Shown here: positions 37,901-44,233 of the stretch, in pieces | Numbering within the stretch: position 1 is the first letter of the stretch | Layout: each line of letters starts with the position of its first letter | Assembly: GCA_028870995.1 (NCBI GenBank) | Contig: JAGWOI010000003.1 | Location: 39,955-103,954, forward strand | Direction: 5' to 3' | DNA length: 64,000 bases | Source: Candidatus Omnitrophota bacterium | GTDB taxonomy: Bacteria; Omnitrophota; Gorgyraeia; Zapsychrales; Fredricksoniimonadaceae | Translations under genes and position numbers: made by a program | Notes under the pieces: model-generated | Databases searched by the model: none | What the model was told of the DNA's origin: nothing | Seen by the model: the letters and a program-made list of their open reading frames with translations, nothing else

Positions 37901-38085
37901 GCGGTATTGACCTTTCCAAAACAAGGGTCAAAGTCAGTGCCAGGAGTACACCCATTAAAATCAGCTACGATGATCCCGCTTTATTGCGTTTGTTGTTGAA
38001 TGCCGATGGGCTTGCCCCTATAATTTATAGCGTAAGAACAATGACCCCATCCATGGCTGATCATTTTGTAGGTTTGGACTATTGA
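22966..38085 (+). CDS. 5039-aa giant multidomain membrane protein with a GT48/FKS-like glucan synthase module
   Basis: Uninterrupted 15.1-kb ORF: N-terminal signal; Omnitrophota-type N domain (LPAPG..NPFKFEF..WVNLSPYE..QDYLLKQ..TFNKVWI..RKYFSGG); (alpha/alpha)6-like domain; beta-rich region; TM; HhH; TM bundle; GT2-superfamily/FKS-like catalytic motifs; C-terminal PGGIDL. Confidence 0.9.
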   Translation: MIKANKTPLVWLVILAFSVNTLITGPVFADVPFLPAPGRLVPLTPSFSPPIILGLKVFKNNPFKFEFVMSEGDRAPGPDSVARRAFLKAEGDKLVKYFLASLTIPQKDMWVNLSPYEHDRIIAPEFGITEMGKQMLAQDYLLKQVTASVMYPNGAVGREFWGKIYREAYKRFGTTNIPVSTFNKVWILPDKAEVYENQVDNTAVIIKSSLKVMLEEDYLALRKSSLPGEVHKDSSADRQLSNELIRQIILPLIEKEVNTGKNFAGLRQVYNSLILAFWYKNKLKESLISKGYVNRKKIHGVEVKDKNIDEEIYRQYLKSYKKGVYNFIKEEVDPSTQETIPRKYFSGGIVWDNLGRQMSTVFGRDSAQAASLILKSAKTFELTVGLEEIQHASSGNPLYLDLNSITSSKPLFSAQDITRLNEAITDTRNFLEPEPVEDAAMLGTTTRRWAAALVGLALLAGANTVYAKGAYDPMPQQPAATNGLSATSAPSTAPSTAADLNHLLSNTVTNAVNPLQMPGPQALTNTTANANPTNQMSANDRDKFALDLRNDQNWTKLQDTLLSPDAPYFVIVNTSKTNTYSIIRSFDKWLGDGSGHDPQSYIDFVYGSGSSPDNQPNVTFKIRVPPPASQGKVDISTIDSWTQIVNPDQIKQIQLDRKTIYVQVFWKDKDGHAQSGVVYAGPKAALTVQHMMNDAQLDNDLTQKILKITSIPDYEEQINTILKTSGLPEAGTNDVSKEGGIIVGAYVQRDQFGSITSVTGWIHARDIDTQIVKGTDDKPHLVLYNNGKDPQILKYWPYGQDIDVFSVLTPAELNMLHDPQTADLALNKYLYNLGGSPLERGGIVFGKNKYIKKMMEVEAQKAIAEHDKQATKEYLHYLKVSEKADLLFSAASGGLSAVGINAPVNAVGDILVDMKYQPEKIGQYVPTAEELQQLFNEYNAQQPKEDQVVLKNGRFETVKGFYTQRDIELLDGWLVKRNKEKTAAFILQQVSRMAVIASYYTPTKTKSSGAYRFQVPENDALYHFLAQDVGSFLGEFNVAGLYNTVSSHGLQYVSLGNLLNKGSFLNKLTSVLGVTINGQSLINEITGRKVFELAPSKTRINFYVLGFPISHFFEEDLVANIDKILNDRDSYAFIVKDGHFRSVAVAFTKDQFQALYKSAVPIGKISNISPVDGRPMSVPVYEVETISPSGEHIHQTMVFTLKALEQAGLDVRRDLERYDNFTKMLNEGGAVFHYGSDGGTLSQNIYTGLFKSFSQQGMDDFPSAYTFDQAGADRFFIEMGNFQSAKWNLDFFFDVMKAQLKLSGQFQGLSKSYNAYNGADASDQPDIGGTSMMAQTIMAYEKSTGDKKYHLLLTESIKWLLKVQKENGGKALPDTPGGHLFNPEPNAIAFAALHNFGTIYNDKDALLAADQIRQWAAGLWDKENFLIKSPNGNYPADNNTRWLQALGPKAFMETFLDNDPVKLGKFLRAMEKTFGVTVINYHTGQTVHLLDLADQQKADGRLTNDQHTPNHRIGFPEVTAEFLQGLIDSRPYLTREDAAFADQLIAKYSGQLQAMTDRNGNLPQATDKGKDSGYNGLTILGNHSLASGVQYQFMVLGLDPLHLDGPRGNALGLKPDKIEIPPVLSFNTLNQGAVIKPGETNYLQMSRYFNQLIIDEHAHHNRNLIYHDPINNLHFVYINTADHIVDARLIPSPKEIQKQVVLAGEDAQMTALKSQALNGQGAFPHGGVIFQTPDGKRLGMLRGVEGQSDAVEDVLSAVGQLPVQEQSFINYKGFSNFMLHNYKVDGVHQDVMVTVVFPLHKSIVHDVKDDHNVITTSIYEGGRLRFIINDNTTTVMNYDDATGVESTTTSYHNFAGGREAMVKMLSDSSKPLAERQALFNGQHPSNKTTTVWAGYIDPTLSMDRVDPNEVWIIKRSTNLDTGHVTTQGYGLFTRPVWEADQFTVTENHFDQSGSFTHAEQFQNTGTLQTPQKGQELFEIKVLDPNEIKGLPQQFTEKQQQAHQSLVYKKDVIHGTESLMVMDNENYGRYTAKYTADQFTNPEGQTSKLSTVLIPEYRPDFMGGQVPYVTREYSGAGKLMKESLTISIDAVTQVTTVQEKNMRTGEVIEKNIEPLFGNSLTESKMDSLGRQEIVSNVYSNDYLHVSSTTVIGGTLAVETKGTYNQAAQQWTLEQTRWNYSRNAQQEKVPVKYETVRSVLSAGGHLIYEDTMFPQNVYEINGHTYTENDRRFIPEYDVNGNISRSTEGIIANGVFTPKEIMEYSDYGDFFAARQSFTKRIINGKEIIYSTSRLLTTPAEYQKSGKLRFEVTSKVYDKADDPATWIETTDRDGHLVEKSLQVYDGQNLVGEQVTSFSNFNVQNIPAQSTTFIRQGAANEVLSTSIDKTSLEEARLGLERTEITNQFNGLVRQELRDRRGRVIENDIEGVDPVTGRQEVQRKTVFYNFNEFDIAVDSVTKSLLEGTFTPYTTSKLLSDYNDILTNHSIRFHVHNDFLSSTANSVDWQEVKDYHGHVIELDKGHMNPNGQFEATRKITSTYQGIPGLIDVANSTRTVMVIDGKPGLLTDQSHLITAHGVTIDAHNINTIPAQDIFNGVHKVRYQGISYFTELEGMTSTDRDYQEIRNSLGNVEVTLFGTVDPQGHFNKNRSLYRVYGTTENNFSNFDIAKATVTTVGDKGHEEVVSYSNNTHITDDDRYLIYKTKKGLGAQGLVLTNDVFANLGAITAQVSGPEHQLDLTHLTETISQVKDSEGRVIFTFSGFPSLNINGFGTGNPVFVTVNQYQENRISQPVAAHSQTYFWKKAMGDYDPTDNFNQLKNYIHNNHPTVIASLDNLMFDKGVATYKTDDMREVGLRTVSMRLDGTMYRNSYQGSGVDGPALFNLYFDEHELPSYGMEIGPSGIEKPFSIYRPTLFNYGTNLVPYVLIDEFRSPEKGANNEFDFQNQKPHASILMHNGTIQLVRTGSAVRTTPFSSMFSLGDLERNGVFGKAVRLIHETDPEKIMDAGHQQAQSGTAQSYVSSSAKKITFEQETWGQKAAWLGQQAGFLLGSLGFMYAVVLAARIFGFSTSSLRSLRKKDINSASQQNFEDLGFTKEQSQIILDERFRNGAFLSHQDFKDRLGVKLSSAHKLSEKWLPKMIAKARFWLAMQEVSWANGEVPAEKRFNTQDSLRLAAAADDSVVDFMAELKGLYGLKPEQQASYESALRMFGKYLKAEQLRDIVNTPHFRSLVDHYSKQRAAEVILKLMFEKIRDNQDYKNAVRQRVDDIISSTGMGREFPDQIFALKDTFLKNIENARLLPEGLRFHDFDISTDLLAYSWDDLRKGPDMERQVRSDLVSIEKLFVFQVIFQRALFGLAGQGRAEEYLWAKYVWPSINKRQALNDPDILQKIKAFKQVFHALLLDEVNKRLEGNRDPKGKVLYFQNIVNEEVYNDAFRYLLGQKDPTLADAGWTLSDDVKKKTAPIREKLEKALADINEVIELPSEQRAEEVKTKAEKIKPLVLAYVGAVDQQIGMPVLKGRLSYWQLTVNPLLKILGNKKMRQRIFSKGGPYNQSAHDLVRRLNHYIIFGSVAVMFAGLTLNLFSVFPFMVPPSFIMAPWSPLLAGAAATVTSFVGSWLVKKRLISSLNKKLKNVNEEQNKGKNKEQQEKVIKSFGSKVKYLYLAQAGLVLGSLLLMPTLAPALTAWLGIAPQMLPVAPFIRFAIHLIPVMIFIDTWRLSFYAMNHLVSAMALQQYYATNNVYEINNKSRTDKITGRLMALFKDTAPALGTVYKTRGQERLASFVNVVDEMTSEKDNYFFAKNIDKQGKSSLTAKLSQLAGELVDAQGKPDADKIRDLQEEIETFVEKVAIPINVEGKTAAKSEKLGLQKLVDFVNHNYRLDKGANPSTWGHVIPTTVAIIGYSEDWYFTNGELLDINRGTFEESTIIGKFENSTTGHDVLDKLLKHGILLQEGLMSRKEEFKRKVRVNVDLSDKEIKQIALNAGIDESDFNKIAPLLKEWRDAQNEAQEFTHRLGMLAKYKTELFLLMVNRLTKPDSLERTELLKMIDDPTHVPEGILDWEIWPQIQEWANLQLPTGYANAVTQKRTLMRLYTHYARIFGVANPEAAAEEKIRVIDRNLMAMDALNKVLIHAVAKTTFIKEFTQGEQIFNWLMGKGYFYNEGKKQNPPVPPVDGLPKPLTADSKKKLKEQFPGDYERIVPILEEAGRGRLREMLDVLIETGYQDTYKVYPDGTSRGVKDPYKLIKDNQDRIMGGIDKIRYDIDMLTKLMDSIKYDRLFPARLKGGGVDTADLLTGENYHGAKWNQKTAILPFLVGPVILNLDADHRANYVDYESLPNHLLDYNYWPGLAVSTPIVKHTLTKGLGVFGNILPVSENAFYYHAQQAKELFGGLTATGKLFERVSALRHSEGVTDSYVAEDALSAINYRRFGYVTGRAGAVKVEKGWPFSFAAASTPTRKWSYDSVESVSGRTAMKVYMSPLVDWPFLVNNFWLDGFGFYFKKPGIVRYLRWLVAFYLVMDWNLFSNIPLSMWVGSMMLSQSISQGLFFYKIFDESRGYVKGTLSALGSIAARMYSYFVHQVFVFEETVGKLAPNRLGKFLSTASKGSNQTRIQNKDLMYVRSNYAIKSASVMAGVTLTLIGLSLKKSGLWALTLGMGFAGVAAPFLLNPVRIRKRVKDNFSNGKDIGGAFVWGLTDNVEMLMYYLSGLLARVGIKSFRSTEDDLQIKVLDMVQARVSQPLDKIPTGKWGTTFKEAFGQQAEAAAELAEYIYLFHQKPSHYRSMYGRSVLPAVNGLLKILANNPGKEGTDYSKKILGDELGAYKEALGVRFKEVKQYLEVFKHAKGYEKMVRDAEKQLAKADEILKKTSPSAKQLNRADWLLTQLSWIPMRIQRQPGTISKLRDQFLNTMIGVDAVSQLVAFAWLPLRLFLDRITRTPKTVENEKKALEIPKSTVVPLAPKAAEDKAMASSPKPAGVNRIAKITNPGGIDLSKTRVKVSARSTPIKISYDDPALLRLLLNADGLAPIIYSVRTMTPSMADHFVGLDY

Positions 38086-38121
38086 GAGGCCGTTTATTAA
38101 TTTAAATAAGGAAGGAGTCCC

Positions 38122-38430
38122 ATGAAATTGACATTAAAGAAGATATCCATAAAATCGTTTACCGTTATTTTCGCTTCCATCAATGTCATTGCCGGCTTTA
38201 TTTTAGGGACCATCGTTACCATCGTCTCCCTTGTGTCGCCGCCTGAACAGGGGGCAAGCCAGGCTGGTGTCTGGGCCATCCTTCTTTTCCCTATCTTCAA
38301 CGGTCTTTTGGGTTTGGCCACGAGTGCCTTTTTGGCCGGGCTTTATAACCTGCTGGCCGGCTGGATAGGTGGTGTGGAAATGGAATACGAGGCCAAAGAG
38401 ACTCCTTCGACGCAGGAACAAGTTAAATAA
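38122..38430 (+). CDS. Small membrane protein (DUF3566-like)
   Basis: LKKISIKS N-terminus, 2 TMs, LYNLLAGWIGGVEME; AAGGAG RBS. Confidence 0.7.
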   Translation: MKLTLKKISIKSFTVIFASINVIAGFILGTIVTIVSLVSPPEQGASQAGVWAILLFPIFNGLLGLATSAFLAGLYNLLAGWIGGVEMEYEAKETPSTQEQVK

Positions 38431-38435
38431 AATCA

Positions 38436-39221
38436 GTGAATCTGACTCCTAAATATCCGCAGGATAAAATGGTGCCTTTAAATCGATGTTTGCCGGGTGT
38501 TCTTTTCCTGTTTGTCTTCAGCGCGGCGCCGGCCCATGCCATGATGATCATGAAGGTCCAGCAGATGAAGGCCATGAGGGAGCGTCAAGCCCAGCAGGCC
38601 CGGTACCAGCAGTACCAGGAATATCAGCAGGGTATGTCCCAAGGTCAGCAGCAGGCCCAGGCCATGAATGCCGAGCAGGCCTATCAACAGCAGATCGATA
38701 ACCGCAATCAGGCCATAGCCCAGGCCATTATCGGTGCACACAACAAAGTCGTTTCAGAGCCAAGCCCGCCGGTAAGATACGCCCAGGCCCAGCAGGCACC
38801 TGCTTACGCGCCCGGGCCGACGCCTTCACCGGCCGTCTCCGGCGAAGCAGCGGGGCCTCAAGAGACCGTCGATCTGGCCGAGGTGTGGAAAAAGCTTGAT
38901 CAGAGATCGACCATATGGACCGCCATCCTCGACGATAACGCCAAGCTTCTGACGGTTTCGGAATACATCGGCCGTTTCCAGAAAGAAGGCGTCAAGATCA
39001 GCGCGCCCCCGGAACACTACGTGAAGCTGTTGGACCAGTTGGCCCAGCAAAACCCCCAAATGTTGGACAAGCCTTTCGGCGAGTTGATCCAGATCCTGGC
39101 CATCATTGATTATGATTTCGATAACGGGATGGACAAGGACGCCCTGGCCAAGGCGGTGCTGGGGCCCCAGGGTTATGAACAGAACAAGAAACGATTCGCC
39201 CAGGCCCAACAGTCTTCATGA
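38436..39221 (+). CDS. Secreted Gln/Pro-rich hypothetical protein (start may be 38469)
   Basis: Signal peptide ending AHA, Q-rich coiled coil, C-terminal helical domain with YDFDNG; overlaps glpK start. Confidence 0.7.
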   Translation: MNLTPKYPQDKMVPLNRCLPGVLFLFVFSAAPAHAMMIMKVQQMKAMRERQAQQARYQQYQEYQQGMSQGQQQAQAMNAEQAYQQQIDNRNQAIAQAIIGAHNKVVSEPSPPVRYAQAQQAPAYAPGPTPSPAVSGEAAGPQETVDLAEVWKKLDQRSTIWTAILDDNAKLLTVSEYIGRFQKEGVKISAPPEHYVKLLDQLAQQNPQMLDKPFGELIQILAIIDYDFDNGMDKDALAKAVLGPQGYEQNKKRFAQAQQSS

Positions 39222-40696
39222 AAAAATACATCCTATCGATTGATCAGGGAACGACCGGCTCCAGGGCCTTTGTTTTTGATGCCCGGGGCCGTGTCCTGCA
39301 AAGCGCCTACCAGGAGTTCAGGCAATATTATCCCAAACCCGGCTGGGTGGAGCACGATGCCTTGGAGATCTGGCACAGCGTTGAGGCTGTCATCCGGCGG
39401 GCGGTAGCCAAGGCACGCATTGATCCCAGGGCCGTTGCCGCCATCGGCATCACCAATCAGCGGGAGACCACCGTTCTTTGGGACCGCCGTTCCTCCGAGC
39501 CTTGTTACCAGGCCATTGTCTGGCAGTGCCGGCGCACGGCCGAAGCCTGTGCCCGGCTTAAGAAGCAGGAGTCCTTGATCCGCCGGACAACAGGACTGGT
39601 GGCGGATGCCTATTTTTCCGGCACTAAAATCCAATGGATCCTGGACCATGTGCCTGGTTTGCGGCGTAAGGCCCTGCGCGGCCGGATCGCCTTCGGTACC
39701 GTCGACAGCTGGCTTATCTATAAATTGACCAAGGGGGCTGCCCACGTCACGGACCTGACCAATGCCAGCCGGACGCTGATTTTTGACATCAACACCAAGT
39801 CCTGGAGCAAGCCCCTGTTAAAACTGATGGACGTTCCGGAACAGATTTTGCCCAAGGTGCTTCCATCATCATCGGTATTTGGATATACCACCCAGGGGGT
39901 GGCCGGATTGCCGGCCGGTATTCCCATCGCCGCGGTGATGGGGGACCAGCAGGCGGCGCTATACGGGCAGGGATGCTTTGCGCCGGGCTCCGTCAAGAAC
40001 ACCTACGGCACGGGTTGTTTCATGCTGCTTAATTGCGGTGCCAAGCGCACTTTTTCAAGGAATGGGCTTTTGACGACGCTGGGCTGCGATGCCGTAGGTA
40101 AGCCCGTGTATGTGCTGGAAGGGGCGGTATTCATCGCCGGCGCTGTGATCCAGTGGCTGCGGGATGAATTAAAGGTGATCAAAGATTCAGCGTCGAGCGA
40201 GAAGGCTGTTGCAGGGCTTGAAGGGACCCAGGGCGTGTATTTGGTGCCGGCCTTTGTGGGATTGGGCGCGCCTTATTGGAATGCCGATGCCCGGGGAATC
40301 ATCACCGGCCTTACCCGGGGGACAAACACGTCTCACATCATAAGGGCGGCGCTGGAATCCATGGCGTATCAGACCAAGGACGTCTTTGATGTGATGAGCA
40401 AGGAATCAGGCCTGCGGATAAAATCGCTGGCCGTGGACGGAGGCGCCTGCCGCAACAATTTCCTCATGCAATTCCAAGCCGATATGCTGAGCGTTCCCCT
40501 GATGAGGCCGGCCATGGTCGATTCCACTGCTGCCGGGGCCGCCTATCTGGCCGGGGTCACCATCGGTCTATGGGACCCCAAGCAGGTGCTTAAGATCAAG
40601 GCCATCGAACGCACGTTCAAGCCGCGCATGCCTCGCAAAGAAACGGCAGCCAAGTATGCCGGCTGGCAGCATGCGGTGCGGCAAGCCTTAGCATAA
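39218..40696 (+). CDS. glpK: Glycerol kinase
   Basis: IDQGTTGSR, GITNQRETT, AIVWQCRRT, GDQQAAL, KNTYGTGCF. Confidence 0.96.
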   Translation: MKKYILSIDQGTTGSRAFVFDARGRVLQSAYQEFRQYYPKPGWVEHDALEIWHSVEAVIRRAVAKARIDPRAVAAIGITNQRETTVLWDRRSSEPCYQAIVWQCRRTAEACARLKKQESLIRRTTGLVADAYFSGTKIQWILDHVPGLRRKALRGRIAFGTVDSWLIYKLTKGAAHVTDLTNASRTLIFDINTKSWSKPLLKLMDVPEQILPKVLPSSSVFGYTTQGVAGLPAGIPIAAVMGDQQAALYGQGCFAPGSVKNTYGTGCFMLLNCGAKRTFSRNGLLTTLGCDAVGKPVYVLEGAVFIAGAVIQWLRDELKVIKDSASSEKAVAGLEGTQGVYLVPAFVGLGAPYWNADARGIITGLTRGTNTSHIIRAALESMAYQTKDVFDVMSKESGLRIKSLAVDGGACRNNFLMQFQADMLSVPLMRPAMVDSTAAGAAYLAGVTIGLWDPKQVLKIKAIERTFKPRMPRKETAAKYAGWQHAVRQALA

Positions 40697-40716
40697 TACC
40701 TGTGTAATCCTTAATT

Positions 40717-42219
40717 ATGATCCGTGATATAGCGCGTCTAACTAAAAACAAATTCGATCTGCTTGTTGTCGGGGGAGGGATCAACGGGGCGGCTGCGGCG
40801 CACCTGGCAGCGGCCAGCGGTGCCAGTGTTGCGCTGTTGGAAAAAGGCGACTGGGCCAGCGGCACTTCATCCAAGTCAACCAAGCTTTTACACGGCGGCA
40901 TCCGTTACCTGGAACATTTCGAATTCGACCTGGTGGCCGAATCCCTTAAGGAGCGCTTTATCCAATGGCAGGCGGCGCCTCATCTGGTCAAGCCCCTGCC
41001 CTTCGTGGTCCCCGTCTATAAAGGCGATCCCCGGCCTTTGTGGATGATGCAAGCCGGAGTTCGGCTGTATGACTTCTTAAGCGGCGAACGGCGGATCGGC
41101 GATCACCGCTTCCTGTCCGCGGCAGATGTCATGGCTTTGGCGCCGGGCATCAATCCCGACGGGCTCTGCGGCGCGGTTGAATACATGGACGCGCAGATGG
41201 ACGATGCCAGGATCTGCCTGGAGAATGTCTTGATGGCGGACCTGCGCGGGGCCGTGGCCGCCAATTATGTCGAGGTCGAGAGCTTCATCAAGAATGAGCG
41301 CCGCCAGGCCACGGGAGTGCATGCCCGGGATATTTTAAGCGGCGCCCAATTGCAAATTTTTGCTTCCACGATCATCGTGACCGCGGGCCCCTGGACGGAT
41401 CAAATTACGGCCAAGGATGTGCCCCACGCGGTCCGGCGGCTGCGCCCCACCAAGGGGGTCCACCTGGTTTACCGGGGCGAGATCTCTTCCCATGCTTTTT
41501 TGCTGCAGAGCCGGAGGGACCGGCGCATTTTTTTTGTGATCCCCTTTAAAGGCAATACCCTGATCGGCACGACGGACACGGATTTCAATCAAAGTCCGGA
41601 CAAGGTGGAAGTTCAAGACAGCGACATTCAATATTTGCTGCAGGAGGCCGGCCGGGTTTTTCCCCACATCAGTTTTGACCGCTCCCAAATCATCACCACC
41701 TTTGCCGGCATCCGGCCGCTGGTGGCGGACAAAGGCAACCCCTCCCGTATTTCCAGGAAACACGTCATTGAGAAACACGCCTCCGGCATTTATTATGTCA
41801 TGGGCGGCAAGTACACCACCTACCGGGCCATCGCCCGGGAGGCCGTTTTAAAGGCCATGCCCCAGCTGGCGCCGAAGATACCGTACGGCGGTCAATATGT
41901 GCTCTACGGCAGCGGCGGCAACGAAGAACTTAAGATCTTAAGCCAGCGCCTGGAGGTGCCTTTGGAGCTGGCCAAATATTTACAGGGCATCTACGGCAGC
42001 CGCTGGGTGGATGTTTGGGAGATGGCGCGGGGCAATCCGGCGCTAAAACAACGGATCTGTTCCTGTTCACAGGCCATCGCCGCCCAGGTTGTTTACAGCC
42101 GCCAGGTGGAAATGGCGCAGAACACCGGCGATATTATCGAACGAAGGCTGGGCCTGACCTACCTGGATTGCCCCACCAAGGCCTGCCGGCGGGCCATTGA
42201 AGAAATTTTCAAAGCATGA
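40717..42219 (+). CDS. glpD: FAD-dependent glycerol-3-phosphate dehydrogenase
   Basis: GGGING, GTSSKSTKLLHGGIRYLE, DDAR, IGTTDTD, GGKYTTYR. Confidence 0.93.
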   Translation: MIRDIARLTKNKFDLLVVGGGINGAAAAHLAAASGASVALLEKGDWASGTSSKSTKLLHGGIRYLEHFEFDLVAESLKERFIQWQAAPHLVKPLPFVVPVYKGDPRPLWMMQAGVRLYDFLSGERRIGDHRFLSAADVMALAPGINPDGLCGAVEYMDAQMDDARICLENVLMADLRGAVAANYVEVESFIKNERRQATGVHARDILSGAQLQIFASTIIVTAGPWTDQITAKDVPHAVRRLRPTKGVHLVYRGEISSHAFLLQSRRDRRIFFVIPFKGNTLIGTTDTDFNQSPDKVEVQDSDIQYLLQEAGRVFPHISFDRSQIITTFAGIRPLVADKGNPSRISRKHVIEKHASGIYYVMGGKYTTYRAIAREAVLKAMPQLAPKIPYGGQYVLYGSGGNEELKILSQRLEVPLELAKYLQGIYGSRWVDVWEMARGNPALKQRICSCSQAIAAQVVYSRQVEMAQNTGDIIERRLGLTYLDCPTKACRRAIEEIFKA

Positions 42220-43142
42220 AAGACTTGGGCCCCCTCATCCATAAAGCCATCCGCCGGCGAGACAGGTTGTCATCCGTCACCAATGCCCTGCGTCTGGTCA
42301 ACGGCCGGGGGGATGGATTGGACGGGTTATTGATCGACCGGTATCACAAGCACCTGCATGTTCAGGTTCTGAATGATCAGTGGCACAAGCAAATCCTTCT
42401 CATCCAAGAGGCCCTGACCGCCGCCTTGGCCGTAGATTATCTGGTAGTCAAAATCCGCCGGGGGCTGCATTTTGAGGCCAAGGAACTGATCACGGGCCCA
42501 TCCCAGACAACGGTCGAGGAGTATGGCGTTAAATTCAAGGTCGATTTAAACGACGGGCTTAATTGCGGTCTTTTTTTGGACATGCGGCACAACCGCCGGC
42601 TGGCCGCCGGGTTTGCCGCAGGCAAAAAGATGCTCAACTGTTTTGCCTACACCTGCTCCTTCGGCGTTCATGCCCGCAAGGCCGGGGCCGCTCAGGTCAT
42701 TAATACGGATATCAGCCGTAAGGTTTTGGAGCGGGGCAAGGACAATTACCGGCTTAACGGCCTGCCGTTTTCCGGCGCAGAATTCTTAAGGGCGGACTCG
42801 GTCTCATTTTTACAGAGGGCAATTAAAAAAGGGCAAACCTATGACCTGGTGATCCTTGATCCTCCTTCCTTTGCCCGCCATGAAGGCAAGGTATTTCAGG
42901 TCAAGCGTGACCTGCCTAAGGCCGTGGCCTTGAGTGCGGCGGTGCTCGAGCCCGGCGGTGCGCTGCTGGTGACGACCAACTACAGCGATCTGAACCATGC
43001 CGGCCTGGAACGCATTCTCTCCCGCGGTCTCAATGGCCGACGGGTGGACGGTATTGAACGGGTGGGGCAGGACGAGGATTTTGTCGGCACCAACAGTTTT
43101 AAGGAAAGTTACATGGTGGGGTTATGGGTCAGGTTCCTTTAG
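42216..43142 (+). CDS. RlmI/RlmK-like class I SAM-dependent methyltransferase
   Basis: GDGLDGLLIDRY, GLFLDMR, LNCFAYTCSF, ILDPPSF. Confidence 0.85.
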   Translation: MKDLGPLIHKAIRRRDRLSSVTNALRLVNGRGDGLDGLLIDRYHKHLHVQVLNDQWHKQILLIQEALTAALAVDYLVVKIRRGLHFEAKELITGPSQTTVEEYGVKFKVDLNDGLNCGLFLDMRHNRRLAAGFAAGKKMLNCFAYTCSFGVHARKAGAAQVINTDISRKVLERGKDNYRLNGLPFSGAEFLRADSVSFLQRAIKKGQTYDLVILDPPSFARHEGKVFQVKRDLPKAVALSAAVLEPGGALLVTTNYSDLNHAGLERILSRGLNGRRVDGIERVGQDEDFVGTNSFKESYMVGLWVRFL

Positions 43143-43825
43143 AGCGCGCCCTCTCCAAGCTGGGCGTGATGTCCCGCGCCGAGACGAGGCGGATGATCGA
43201 AGCCGGCCGCCTGTCGGTCAACGGCAGGGTCATCAAGGACCCGTCATTCTTGGTGATCCCGGAAAAGGTCCGTATCGCCGTCGACAGTAAGCCGGTGGGA
43301 CGGGCCGAGGCCTGCACCATCATGTTGTATAAGCCCAAAGGCCTGGTCACCACCCGGTCGGACGAAAAGGGCCGAAAGACGGTTTATGAGCTTCTGCCGC
43401 CCCGCCTGCAGCACCTCCATCCGGTGGGAAGATTGGACATGGCCACCACCGGTCTTCTGCTGATGACGACCGACACGCAGCTGTCCAATTTTTTGACCGA
43501 CCCCGGCAACGGCATCCCCCGCGTCTATGCCGTTACGGCAAGGGGCAGGATCAGCGGCAACGATATCCGGCGGATGACCAAGGGCATTCCGGACAAGGGG
43601 GAGCTGCTAAAGGCGGCTAAAGCCTCTGTGCGCAAGGCCAGCGGCAAGGAAACTCATCTAATATTGGAATTGAACGAGGGCAAGAACCGGGAGATCCGGC
43701 GCATGATCGAAGCTGTCGGTTCTCAAGTGACCAGCCTCAAGCGCATCGCCTTTGGCAAGCTGACCTTGGGCACGCTTGAGCCGGGCGGATTTAGAGAAGT
43801 TGCCAAGCGGGACATTTTATCTTAA
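43124..43825 (+). CDS. RsuA/RluB-family pseudouridine synthase
   Basis: S4 domain, YKPKG, PVGRLD, EGKNREIRRM. Confidence 0.92.
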   Translation: MGQVPLERALSKLGVMSRAETRRMIEAGRLSVNGRVIKDPSFLVIPEKVRIAVDSKPVGRAEACTIMLYKPKGLVTTRSDEKGRKTVYELLPPRLQHLHPVGRLDMATTGLLLMTTDTQLSNFLTDPGNGIPRVYAVTARGRISGNDIRRMTKGIPDKGELLKAAKASVRKASGKETHLILELNEGKNREIRRMIEAVGSQVTSLKRIAFGKLTLGTLEPGGFREVAKRDILS

Positions 43826-43851
43826 AATGAACATTGAAGGAAGGAGACATC

Positions 43852-44232
43852 ATGAGCAAAACGATCATTAAAACGGACAAAGCGGCCTTGCCGGTAGGCC
43901 CGTACAATCAGGCGGTTGCCGTCGGCAATTTGATCTATACCGCCGGACAGATCCCCTTGGACAAGCAGGGCCATATGGTTGCCGGCGGGGTCAAGGAACA
44001 GACCGAACAGGTGATTCAGAACCTTATCGCCGTTTTGGGCCAGGCGGGGTCTTCCTTGGACAAGGTGGTCAAATCCACCGTTTTTTTGAAGGACCTGAAT
44101 GATTTCGCCGGGATGAATGAAGTGTACGGCAAATATTTCAAAAACGAAACGGCGCCGGCCCGCAGCACCCTGCAGGTGGCCCGCATCCCCAAGGACTCGC
44201 TGGTCGAGATAGAGGTAGTGGCCTATATTTGA
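43852..44232 (+). CDS. ridA: RidA/YjgF enamine deaminase
   Basis: GPYNQA, GQIPLD, VVKSTVFL, PARST, VEIE; AAGGAG RBS. Confidence 0.9.
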   Translation: MSKTIIKTDKAALPVGPYNQAVAVGNLIYTAGQIPLDKQGHMVAGGVKEQTEQVIQNLIAVLGQAGSSLDKVVKSTVFLKDLNDFAGMNEVYGKYFKNETAPARSTLQVARIPKDSLVEIEVVAYI

Positions 44233-44233
44233 T

